From Wallemia ichthyophaga EXF-994 (lineage: Eukaryota; Fungi; Basidiomycota), in the NCBI RefSeq assembly GCF_000400465.1, contig NW_008806281.1:390001-422000 (forward strand): DNA of 32,000 nt. Direction: 5' to 3'. Both the position numbers and the translations under genes were made by a program. Positions within the stretch are counted from its first letter, which is position 1; every line of letters begins with the position of its first letter. The notes below the pieces were generated by a model. That model saw only the letters and a list, made by a program, of their open reading frames with translations, did no database searches and was not told the origin of the DNA. This document shows positions 11,172 through 21,200 of this stretch, in pieces.

Positions 11172-12348
11172 ATGAACCAAATACAACAACAATACGCTCA
11201 ATTAACTCCGATAAGAGAATTTTCTTGGTATTTTGATCATTTGTCGCTTTATAATAGGCAGCAAGATATAATCGATACCATTATTGAGGATAGAACTTTA
11301 TCGAGATTCCCTCCTTGTCCGGAGTATCGATTTAGCTTTCTAAAAATGCTCATTTCTAAACTTGAATCCGTTCTTGATGGCGATGAAATGGTCCGTGTTT
11401 TTTGTCTTGGTTGTGCCGTTGGAATTACCGCTTAAACGAGGCATTTACAGGAAGTTAGACAAGAAATTTATGATGCATTCGTAGATGCTTTATCTCTATC
11501 CAAGTGTGGTGATGGGTTTGTTGGTGTTTGACGCACTCGCTCATTCTCACCGCTCAAACAGCCCACCGCAATCAAGTTATAAGACGTACTACTACAACCA
11601 AGACCCACTCACTCTGTACGAAGATCAGACTACTATTAGTAAAGGCACAACAGGGCTAGTAACTTGGTTCGTTGGTTTGAGATTGCACTACCTATCTAAT
11701 CATAATCATGTCATCATGTCATTCTAGGATTTCAGCTCAGTCTATGGCTCGTGACATATACAATCCTGATACAAAACTCCACAAGCACCTTGCATCAGCT
11801 TCAAAAGTGCTAGAATTGGGCGCTGGTTGTGGATTGGTGAGTATGGTAGTGAGTAAGCTATTCAATAGCACAGTATACGCGACAGATGTGGATGAGAATG
11901 TACTTCAAAGGTTAGAAAGAAATGTTAATCTGAACAATCTTTCCACCAGGGTCGTTGGATTGGATTGGTTCAACGATCGAGACGTTGTAACGAACATTAT
12001 CCCAGATGTAGTCGTCGCAGCTGACGTAGTCTATGACGATTACCTCTTCTCTCCCCTGCTTACCATCCTCCAGGAGTGTTTGAGGATGAATCATCAGTGC
12101 AAAATTTACATAAGGGGTGTTATTCGTAATGAGCGTACTTATCAGAAATTCATCAGTATGTTGCGGGAAGATATTAAACGTGAGTATTCATCTCCTGGAA
12201 TGTACAACCAATTTCGCCAAGCTCACACATTCGTACCTCCTCAGATGACATCAATATCATGCAAATCAAAAATGAATGTACTCAAATCCGCAACCCGGCT
12301 TCGAACAATCGACCAAATGAGGACATGTACGAGGTTTTGATTGGGTGA
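11172..12348 (+). CDS. EFM3: Protein-lysine N-methyltransferase of FAM86/EEF2KMT (Efm3) type (introns 11391..11450, 11504..11561, 11667..11727, 12180..12244)
   Basis: FAM86-like N-domain (FPPCPEYRFSFLKMLISKLE), TTISKGTTGLVTW, SAM-binding VLELGAGCGL, ATDVD, LDW and AADVVYD. Confidence 0.85.
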
Positions 12349-12349
12349 T

Positions 12350-12783
12350 ACGCGTCTGTATTTCTAGGACTCAATGTATTTATCACTAGTGAATTACGTT
12401 GGACGCGTTAAAATGAAAAGTTTCATGTCTATTCTCGTACCAGAAGATTTTAACCGGGGAGCTGTGTTTCGCTTAAATTAAGGATTCAAGGGGTAAGGAG
12501 GGATATATGAAAGCACAGCAATAAACCGTCTTGCAAATAAATAACGATGATTACGATGAAATCGAATATAAGAAATAAACGCGTTAAGAAGAATCTGCGG
12601 GTCAGGTTCCTACTCGATCCGTCAACGGACAGGTCAATACATGTCGGAGTTAGTGATGAGCGGTGCATTACATTGCATTTAGCTGACAATCGATAGTATG
12701 ATAAAGGTGGATATGATAATAAGCGTCGGGCAGTAAATACGTCTGTATACACCCATGCTCCCGCTGCATACTCGACGACGCGT
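12350..12783. promoter_or_regulatory. Cluster of four ACGCGT (MCB-like) hexamers
   Basis: Exact ACGCGT at 12350, 12403, 12579 and 12778. Function is not demonstrated. Confidence 0.3.
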
Positions 12784-13038
12784 TCAAGATGCTACATATG
12801 CGACAGTTATAGGCGCGGAACTAGCAGTGCAGGATCACTGAGCAGCAGTTCACAGTCACACAAACGGAGTGCAGGATCATCCATCGGTGGCAGTCTGGGC
12901 AATCACAGCAATCACAACAGCTTTTACAGCCATATCAACAATAGTGCAGGATCACTCAACAGAATACCACCATACTACGATTACTACACTGGCATCGTCT
13001 CGAGTCTGACACCGCAGATGCACGTATACTATTGCTAG
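12547..13038 (+). CDS. Spliced hypothetical protein (147 aa; intron 12649..12696), absent from the ORF track
   Basis: ATG 12547 gives a 34-codon exon. The intron GTTAGT..CTGAC..TAG (48 bp) is followed by a 114-codon exon in frame, ending at TAG 13036-13038. Confidence 0.6.
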
Positions 13039-13087
13039 AAGCGATGGTCTATTTATTCAACGATATTTAAGTCAACGTACTTGTAAA

Positions 13088-13933
13088 CTATTTGTTTCTC
13101 ATTAAGCGCAAACCTTGTGTGCGTTTGGCTAGCCTGTAGAGCAACCCAGTAGTGAACAAGCTGAGGGAGAACCACGTGAATGCGTAAACAGCATGCTGAT
13201 TGCGCAGTTCAATTTTGGATGGTCTACCAACAGGCACACCTTGTGCCAATCTAGAGCCAGGCAAACCATCGTAAATCTCGTCAATCAGAACGTTTTCGAT
13301 GGGAGTGTTAGTGAGTGAGGAAAGATGTGTTGCTATAGCAGGTACATCGACCCAGAGCCAAACATTATCAGCGGGGATGTTATCGGGGGTGAACATGTTT
13401 CTCTTCTGGGAGACTCTGAGCATGCCGACAATGTCTACATCCGTGCTGGTGTTCCCGAGTGAGCTAAGAAAGCTATCGAGATTGTCATTGTGTATGAAAC
13501 CTCTATTGACGAGTACTGTCTGTCCGTCGTGTCTTAGTAGTGGCTGTATAACATGCACACCAATCTCGCCATCAAGTGTACGTGGACCGACGGCTATGGC
13601 GTGGTTTAAGAGAGTGCCACCAGCTGTAACCTTCCTATACTCAAATTCTGGGAGGACCGAAGTATCAATGTGCTTCGGAAGAGGTAGTGGATCTTGACCA
13701 AGCTTATCATCCAATTCTGCGATTAGATTTAATTTCCAGTCTAATCGCCGCACTTGCCAGAAACCAAGATAAAGAGTGAAAATCGGGATGGCAGATAGTG
13801 CTAGCAAGCCAGCAGTGGGAAATTGGAAAGACTTTTGGTTCTTATACTTTGGCGGAGATTGATATCTAATTGGTAATTTTGCGTTATTTAGAGTACGAGT
13901 TGATCGCAACGCTGCTCTAATCATACCGGCCAT
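13088..13933 (-). CDS. SHY1: SURF1-family cytochrome c oxidase assembly protein
   Basis: Arg-rich presequence-like N-terminus, then LYLGFWQVRRLDWK, EFEYRKV, VLVNRGFI, FTPDNIP, ELRNQHAVYAFTWFSLS. Start is at 13933 or at 13924 (Met4). Confidence 0.93.
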   Translation of the reverse strand: MAGMIRAALRSTRTLNNAKLPIRYQSPPKYKNQKSFQFPTAGLLALSAIPIFTLYLGFWQVRRLDWKLNLIAELDDKLGQDPLPLPKHIDTSVLPEFEYRKVTAGGTLLNHAIAVGPRTLDGEIGVHVIQPLLRHDGQTVLVNRGFIHNDNLDSFLSSLGNTSTDVDIVGMLRVSQKRNMFTPDNIPADNVWLWVDVPAIATHLSSLTNTPIENVLIDEIYDGLPGSRLAQGVPVGRPSKIELRNQHAVYAFTWFSLSLFTTGLLYRLAKRTQGLRLMRNK

Positions 13934-14453
13934 GAACGGAGCAGAAAGCGAGACGAGTAATGACGCAAAAGCGGTGCAGACGTTTAGAGAGGTGGGATTG
14001 AATGCGATTTGACGCGTACACTCACATGCGTACTTGTAGGCCTTTAGACTGATCGATCACGATAACGATTCAAAACTGAGTTATACGGATATAGAGAATA
14101 CACTTTCTTCAGTGGGAATTGGATTGGATGAAGGATTCACAACAGAATTATTAAACTCGCGTCCTGACAAATCAAACAGCCAAGAGCTTACGTTTCCAGT
14201 GTTTCTGACTATGTTCAAAGAAAAACTCGATAAAATGGACAATAGCGGAGTGTTAGCCGAGAGCTTTGAAAGCTTCGATGGGGATTTCAAAGGCTATTTA
14301 AATGCAAATGAGCTGCTGAGGGCGGTAGAGGAGTTCGGTGATGTGGGTGAGCTTTCCAAGCTAATTGAATCAGGCACTTTCACCGATAGAATGGGTAATT
14401 TCCATTATAGCAAGTGGATAGAATCAATGAGCGTGAATCAATCAACTCAATAG
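13932..14453 (+). CDS. EF-hand calmodulin-like / myosin regulatory light chain-like protein (157 aa; intron 13992..14039)
   Basis: The splice gives VQTFREAFRLIDHDNDSKLSYTDIENTLSSVG, then ELTFPVFLTMF, FESFDGDFKGYLNANEL and GNFHYSKW. Confidence 0.85.
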
Positions 14454-14500
14454 TAACACTGCAACTTGTATCGATAAAAAACGCGTATAAATATTGTATT

Positions 14501-15040
14501 CTAATCAGTAATCAACTCCTGACACTGCCAATCCTCATAACTACCATCTGGCAAGTATCTTCTCACAATCAACGGGACTTTCTTAGATGACAACTCTTTT
14601 ATTGCTATTTGCAGAGGATCAGTCTCACCAGCCTCAATTGGAACGAGAACAGGTGCGTTCATAGAAATTTGCAATGCACGTGTACCTAGAATACGTGCCC
14701 TTTCGTATTTAGTCATATATGGAGTTGTCACTCTGTCTTCATTTGCGACTGTAGCCGTGGATCCAGTGATCGCAGCACCAGAGGTAACAACATTTGAATC
14801 ATCTTCCATTGGCGCAACGTTATCTTCCTCTTCCTTGAAACATTTTAGTCTTTCTCACTTCAATTACGCGTACAAACCATTCCAGCATCCTGATAGAAGC
14901 TTGTAGCCTTTAGAGAGAGCGTTCACGTATTCAAAGACTACTCACTCTTGTCCTTCATCTACCTATTAACATTAATCAGCTATGTTCCCCCCGCAATTCC
15001 TTACTCCCACCATTCCATCCACATCCTCGTTATCTGACAT
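14501..15040 (-). CDS. RPB6: RNA polymerase I/II/III shared subunit Rpb6 (three short upstream exons)
   Basis: [27 protein letters not shown]...[12 protein letters not shown]. The upstream ATG gives MSDNEDVDG, matching the usual acidic Rpb6 start. Micro-exon boundaries (about 36, 17 and 22 nt) are inferred. Confidence 0.95.
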
Positions 15041-15096
15041 AATGATAGTATTTACTCAAGGAATTCATGGATAAAAATACAATCTAATAAATATAT

Positions 15097-16923
15097 TCAA
15101 ACATTTTCACTCTTATTTACACTCTTGCGTACGCTAAACAACCTCCTCAACTTGCTTCCCATCTTTGAAGTTTTTCTCTCCAGTTTCTTTGGTGGGTTTG
15201 AAGGTGTTGGCGGTGTTGAGGGTGTTGAAGGTGCTTTGTTTGTATTAAAGGCTGCGTTTGTAACACCCACAGGTGAAACAGGCGACATACTCCTGTTACG
15301 CAGTGAAGTCGTCTTCCCTTCACTATCAGTAACTTTCAACGCCGGAAAGGGCGATAACTTGGGATCACTATCGTAAAACTCCTTATTCGATTGTATTGAT
15401 GGCTTGTTTTTTATTATTCTGAATGATCCAAATGATCTCTGTGATTTTACCTTTTTATGCTTCCCCTTACCCATCTCTGACTGTGCCAACTTTGATTTTG
15501 GTAGTGTTGTCATTGATCTAGTAAGCATAGCCTGTGACTTTGCATTATCGGCGTTGCGTGCTGCCAAATGTATTTGTGGTTGTGGCTTTAACTCTGAAGA
15601 TTTGCGTGTTGCACTGTATGCACCGTTTATTTGTTCAGTCAAGGGTATATCTTCATCTATAGTTGGTTGTATTGATTGCATTGGTTGTATATCCGAGGTG
15701 TTAGTTGGCTTTTCTTCATTTTCCTTTCCGTTTCCTTTGTCTGTCTCTATCTCTTTAAAACGATCACCTTGGTCCTCCTCTTCCTTATGCTCCTCCATAT
15801 CACCCATTCCGATTCCAAATTCATTAACAAATTGAGGTCCGAGTAACTGAGCCAACCTGTCAGGACCTAAAGTCTTGCGCAGTTCATTTATATATGCTGA
15901 AGAAGTGAAATGAATCTGTCTTCTACGTCTTTGTGCTGCTTTGTTTGAAATTTCAGAGTTAATTATATCAAGTTGATCAACTTTATCAACATGATCAACC
16001 TCCTCAACTTCCTCATAAGTGATATCATCATCACTATCCTCAATATCACTATTGGCGGGTGATAAACGTGTTGAAGTGTTTAACATTCTCTCATACTCAA
16101 ATTTATCACCATTTCCAGCAGATGAAGGTGAACCTATAGAATTTGTGGACTCTAAGCTTTGCTTACGTTCCCTTTTTGGAGTGGGTGGAACAAGAAGAAG
16201 GTTTGAAGGGAGAATTTGAGGAGGCTTAGAAGAGTTGAGGAGGTTATCAAAGTTGCTCAAGTCAAGGTCACCCAATGAACTTCTCCTCTTTTGAGTAGTT
16301 TGTGTTGGTGGTTGTCTACGACTACCTAAACGCTTAAGCATGTTAGCTCTTGCAGCTTGTCTAGAATCATCTCTGCTACCACGACCACCAATTGCACCAG
16401 TGACGGTGTTACTCCTCAGTAAGCGAGAATTTTCATCATTGTTGAGTAAAGCACCATTAACGAGCTTGTTGAAGGCGTTTACTCTTGCAGTTGCACTGTT
16501 TGATCTAGATAAAAGGGAGTTACCATGTTTTGATAGCAATTGATCTTGTAATTGAGTGAGAGTGAGTAGTTGTTTCTTAGTAGGCTTTTGAGGGGAGTGA
16601 GGGTTGACGAGTTGGAGAGTGAGTGAGTTATCTAAGGTTTCTGGATTTTCTGCTTTATCGTTATCGCCTTGCTTGTCATCTTCACCGTCGCTGTTTGTGG
16701 ATTGTACACTATCCAACACTGGTTCGTAGATAGTGGGTGAATAGGGTGAGTTTGGAGCGAAATTGCTAGTATCTAATCTACTATCATTACTAGTATCTTT
16801 ACTAATATCCCTACTAGCATCTAAATTACTATCATTGCTACCACCAGAAACATTCCTCCTAGGAATAGAAGCAGCCCTTCTAAGCTTATCAACAGCTAGC
16901 GCTCTAACATTCTTGTTATCCAT
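15097..16923 (-). CDS. Hypothetical low-complexity Ser/Asn/Lys-rich protein (608 aa)
   Basis: Uninterrupted 1.8-kb ATG-initiated ORF. No domain recognised. Confidence 0.8.
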   Translation of the reverse strand: MDNKNVRALAVDKLRRAASIPRRNVSGGSNDSNLDASRDISKDTSNDSRLDTSNFAPNSPYSPTIYEPVLDSVQSTNSDGEDDKQGDNDKAENPETLDNSLTLQLVNPHSPQKPTKKQLLTLTQLQDQLLSKHGNSLLSRSNSATARVNAFNKLVNGALLNNDENSRLLRSNTVTGAIGGRGSRDDSRQAARANMLKRLGSRRQPPTQTTQKRRSSLGDLDLSNFDNLLNSSKPPQILPSNLLLVPPTPKRERKQSLESTNSIGSPSSAGNGDKFEYERMLNTSTRLSPANSDIEDSDDDITYEEVEEVDHVDKVDQLDIINSEISNKAAQRRRRQIHFTSSAYINELRKTLGPDRLAQLLGPQFVNEFGIGMGDMEEHKEEEDQGDRFKEIETDKGNGKENEEKPTNTSDIQPMQSIQPTIDEDIPLTEQINGAYSATRKSSELKPQPQIHLAARNADNAKSQAMLTRSMTTLPKSKLAQSEMGKGKHKKVKSQRSFGSFRIIKNKPSIQSNKEFYDSDPKLSPFPALKVTDSEGKTTSLRNRSMSPVSPVGVTNAAFNTNKAPSTPSTPPTPSNPPKKLERKTSKMGSKLRRLFSVRKSVNKSENV

Positions 16924-17111
16924 TTTAATAGCAATTGTTTATAGCCAACACTATAAACATTTACTAGTAACTCAATTGATTGTTCGAGAATAAAATGCGC
17001 AGCAAGTAAATTCAAGTAAATTGCGTAATAATCCAGTTGAAATTGATTTGACTAGTAAAATTCAAATCAGCTTCAAATGTTCAAGTTTAACCTTCTATTA
17101 TTTAGACCACC

Positions 17112-18191
17112 ATGGACCCCATTGAGCCGGGAACTTCAATCAAACCAGAGGATATCTCAGAGGTATTTATACGTTATTAGGGTATTTACTATAGCTTAAA
17201 GTATGCAGGATATTGGTACTGAGGTGTGTATATGGTGATAATACCCAATTCACTCAAACATTTCCAAGGTCTTCGCAGATGAATCTATAAACCTCGATGA
17301 CGATGATAATAAGGTGTGGCTGATAAAGGTTGGTTGTAAATTTCCACTCTCCTCCCTTCAAACCTCCCTTAGATTCCTAAATTCCTCAAAGAACGCTGGG
17401 AGAAAGTTGAGCAAGATGCTTTGGAGTTGGGTACTCTACGCGTCTACAACGACAACTCTGTAAAAGTTATTCTACCTCCAGAACATACAGATCAAATCAC
17501 TCAAGACCTTCCCAGAGAATACACTCTCAATGTACACAAACATTCTAGCGAGAATAATTACATATTCGCTGAAAAAGATGGTGATATTACACCACAGCAA
17601 TCTCAACTCGCTGCTTCTGGCGCTTTTTCCCGTGTCAATCACCCAATACATACGCGTTTATCCGGTAGGATTCACCACGAAGGTGCTCTTATCCCAGATC
17701 TCAATGACAGCTACAAAAGTATTATGAAAGCTAGACATATTTCTGCTTCACAGCCAAAACGTACTGCTAAGATTCTCGAACCACAAGATACAAAACTACA
17801 GCATGGATTCAACACTGCCTCTCGTTTCTCCTCCTTCGTTAAAACCGATAAAGGCAAGAAAGCTGGTGCTCAATTTGAACGCGCTGCTCGTATGCCCAAG
17901 AATGAACTACTTGACCTCCTCTTTAGCCTGTTTGAGAGGAATAAATATTGGAATATGCGCGATTTGCGTGCTAGAACTCAGCAGCCACTTACTTATCTCA
18001 AGGAAACTCTCATGACTATAGCACATTTAGCTAACAAAGGCCCTTATCATGGTCATTGGTATTTGCAGGATGTCTATCAGAGAGAACACCACGATAAGGT
18101 CAAACAGCACGCAGAATTTGAACGAGAAGCTAGACAGAATGATGACGATGATGATGATGTTATGGATGACAATAATGATAGCAATGCATAG
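17112..18191 (+). CDS. TFG2: TFIIF beta subunit (RAP30) (introns 17163..17208, 17224..17268, 17329..17372)
   Basis: Spliced VWLIKIPKFLKERW, ELGTLRV, and C-terminal winged helix RAARMPKNELLDLLFSLFERNKYWNMRDLRARTQQPLTYLKETL. Confidence 0.93.
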
Positions 18192-18203
18192 ATGTAACGA
18201 TTT

Positions 18204-21200
18204 TTACACTTCTTTCTTCATGTTGGCGGTAGTACTATTATTGAATTCCAACGCAACTACCGCATTAGAGAATACGATGAGTATCTGTGTATCTGATATT
18301 GCTTGACAGGTGAGTATCCGGGAGGTGGGGATGATAGCATGTGTCATTGGTGTGCTCGACACACCCCTTCGTCGACCTAGCGACTCTAAGCGCGGTCTGT
18401 TACTGCTTCTATGAGCACTAATACTACCACTGCTATGTGTACTACCGGCAAACTCGCTTCTGACACCTCGCACATCGCGCACATGACCCACTTCAAACGA
18501 CCTTCTCTCCACGACGGCATCTTCGCAATGCGATAACGCGACGCGCCACGCCTCCCAACTGCGACCATTGCGACAAACACCGACGACGCAGTCGGTGAAT
18601 GTTGCGCAGGTGTTAAATCGCGCGTCCAAATGTAGCGGTGAAGTGTGTGAGGGGAGTGTAAGTGGGTGTGTATGTGTGCACGTCGAGCAACCTGCAAATA
18701 AAGTTAGTCAACTCTTACCAACCCACTAAGCAAAAATGTATCTTACCATCGCCATTTTCACCTTTCGCTGCACTCACCCGTCGTGAGAACCCATGGTTAG
18801 CTAACGGGTACCCAACTCCCTCCTCAGTCTGGCTGTGGCTGCTGGTTCCTGCGCCACCCTTACGCGATCTGTTTCGGAGCAGCATTGGTGTTGGTGTGCT
18901 GGTATTGGTGTTGGTATTGCTTGCGTTACTAGCATCCTTTACATCCTTTGCATCACTCAAGTTGGTGCTTGGGACATCCCCACTCATGCCAACAGTCAGC
19001 ATATCCAACGAGACAGAATGCAGGGTGCATCTGAGCACATGCACAGCAATCGCATCATCGCTGCACGCGCACGTGCACAATCTCGGTTTGACTATTTCAA
19101 CATGAGTGAGAGTGGGAGTGTCTGAGAGTATTCCCTCCAACACTCCAATGACTTGGCTGCACTCTCCCCCCACATCCACAGCGCGTATGGCACCTTGGGA
19201 TGATTGAAAGAAAACCACTTTCTTGCGTCCCATCTCAACGAGGTCGATGAGAGTGTCTTGATTGCCTCCTTTTTCATGGGCATCTTCATCCCAGTACCGC
19301 TGCAATTTGCCCCATAAAATCTTGGACTGTCTGTGGCAATCGTAGGTGAATATGCTCAGTGTATTTGTATCTCCCTGTGCACCCCTCACACCAACGAAAA
19401 CTTGCGGCTTTGACAAAAAGACAAATTGTGCGTGATGAGTGATGGTGAAGCTGCGATAATCAACTAAGCGCCAAAACAAAGCGGATTGATTAGAGTATAC
19501 GCAGACCAACACGTCCGCAGCGGAGGCGGAGTTGCCATCGTTATCATCATTGACATGGTTAGCATCATTAGGGTCATTACCATCGCTAGCATCGCTAGCA
19601 TCGCCAGCAACTCCGCAACTGCTTCTGAATTCCAATGCAGATACGGGGACAGGCGAGATAGGCGAGGAAGAGTCCACAGACTCTCCATCTTCACCACTAC
19701 GCAGACCTTCGAGGTGACGTGGAACAGGGACACCGCTGCGCATATCCCACAATATCACTGCCCCATCGGTCCAACCAACGGCGATCAGAGAATTGCTCGC
19801 CACCAGCGCAGTCACTTTGGCAGTCGCAACCGGGCCATTAGCTTCATTGTTAGCCTCAGATTGCGACGGAATAGTCAGAAGGAAGCGTTGGCCGCAGTGC
19901 ACCACATTGACATCATCAAGCACCGTACACCACGCCAGCAGAGATGGTGTGGATGCGACGTGGGCGATGTCGACGCTATCTACCACTTCAACGGAGGCAT
20001 TGATTTGTAGAGAGTGTGATTTTGAGCGAGGGTTTGATTGTGAGTTTTCCTCCCTTCTATGCGGTTGCAGCTGCTGATGCTCGCTCGGGGGCTGCGCATC
20101 AATATTACTACCACTCCCACCCCTGCTCATGCCCACACTCTCGTCGAGTTTGCTCCGCTGCAGCTCATGGAGCTCCTTATCTTTAAGCAGAAAGAGGAGG
20201 AGGCAGTAGAGGGCGACGAGAGAAGATCCAATGGGGAGAACGACAACCTTGACCGACCATAGAAACGCGCGTGTGCGCGGTGCAAATAGCTCCTGCTGCT
20301 CAAGCGCGTCAAGTTTTTCCTGAGACGCATAAGTAGTGAGGAAAGTAGGTGGATTGATGTGAATATTCACGAACGCATGCGCCCCATCCTCTGAGAGGAT
20401 CGACCAAACGTGTTGTGAGAAGGTGAAGGTGGGCGAGTGGTTGTAGTTGTGTTCGGGTGCGTCCAAGTGTGATTGGGAGTGTGCGTGTGAGTGTGAGTGT
20501 ACTTGCGATGGCAGCGTCATGTAGTAGAGTGTGCTCATTATCAGTATCAGCTGCATTGGTCGTCAGCTTACACTACTCTCAGTCAATACACCAACCACCC
20601 TTTCCCCTACTCTCCACTCACCACTAACAAACTCGCATTGCGCGTTGAGCGCGCTTTCCACACTGCCTTTGTAGCTATTATCAGCGGATTCGAAGTGAAG
20701 GTGTGCTTCTTGGGGGTATCGGAGGGACTGTGAGTATGAGCATGGGCAGGGGCCGTAGCACCTGGCTGAATACCTTGATGAATGAGGTCGGAGAGCTGCG
20801 ATACTTGTCAGCCAACCCCGAGCAGCCAATCAAACGCACCTCTAATCGCTGTATATCCACCGAAAGAATAGTAATGAAAAAGGTGGACTGCAGAAAGTAG
20901 TCAATCACACTAACGACAGAGGCGAAAATGCAGAATTCTCTGATCATCCCCGGCAGCAGATAGCCCGCAATAGCGAGTAGAGTGAGGTCCGAAAGAACAG
21001 TCATACCGATAACTGGACCGACTTTAGCCATGCCCTGACCAACACGTTCAGGTACAGGGAGCGAGATTGATGTAGATACCACTGCACGCGCAATTGTGAG
21101 CATGTTCTCTACACCAACGACAACAATCACGAATGGGACTACGGTCCATGGAATTAGGCGCAGTCTCCAGTCGCACAACTCGAGGAGAGATATTGACATG

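Noticed and set aside
13299-13697. 132-aa ORF antisense to SHY1; likewise 24104..24550, 15404..15835, 26038..26301 and 27612..28004
   Set aside because: Antisense or off-frame shadows of well-supported genes, with no independent coding signal.
18386-20900. Many antisense and alternate-frame ORFs in SCAP (e.g. 19486..20010, 18662..19105)
   Set aside because: Shadow ORFs expected in GC-rich coding DNA; no recognisable motifs.
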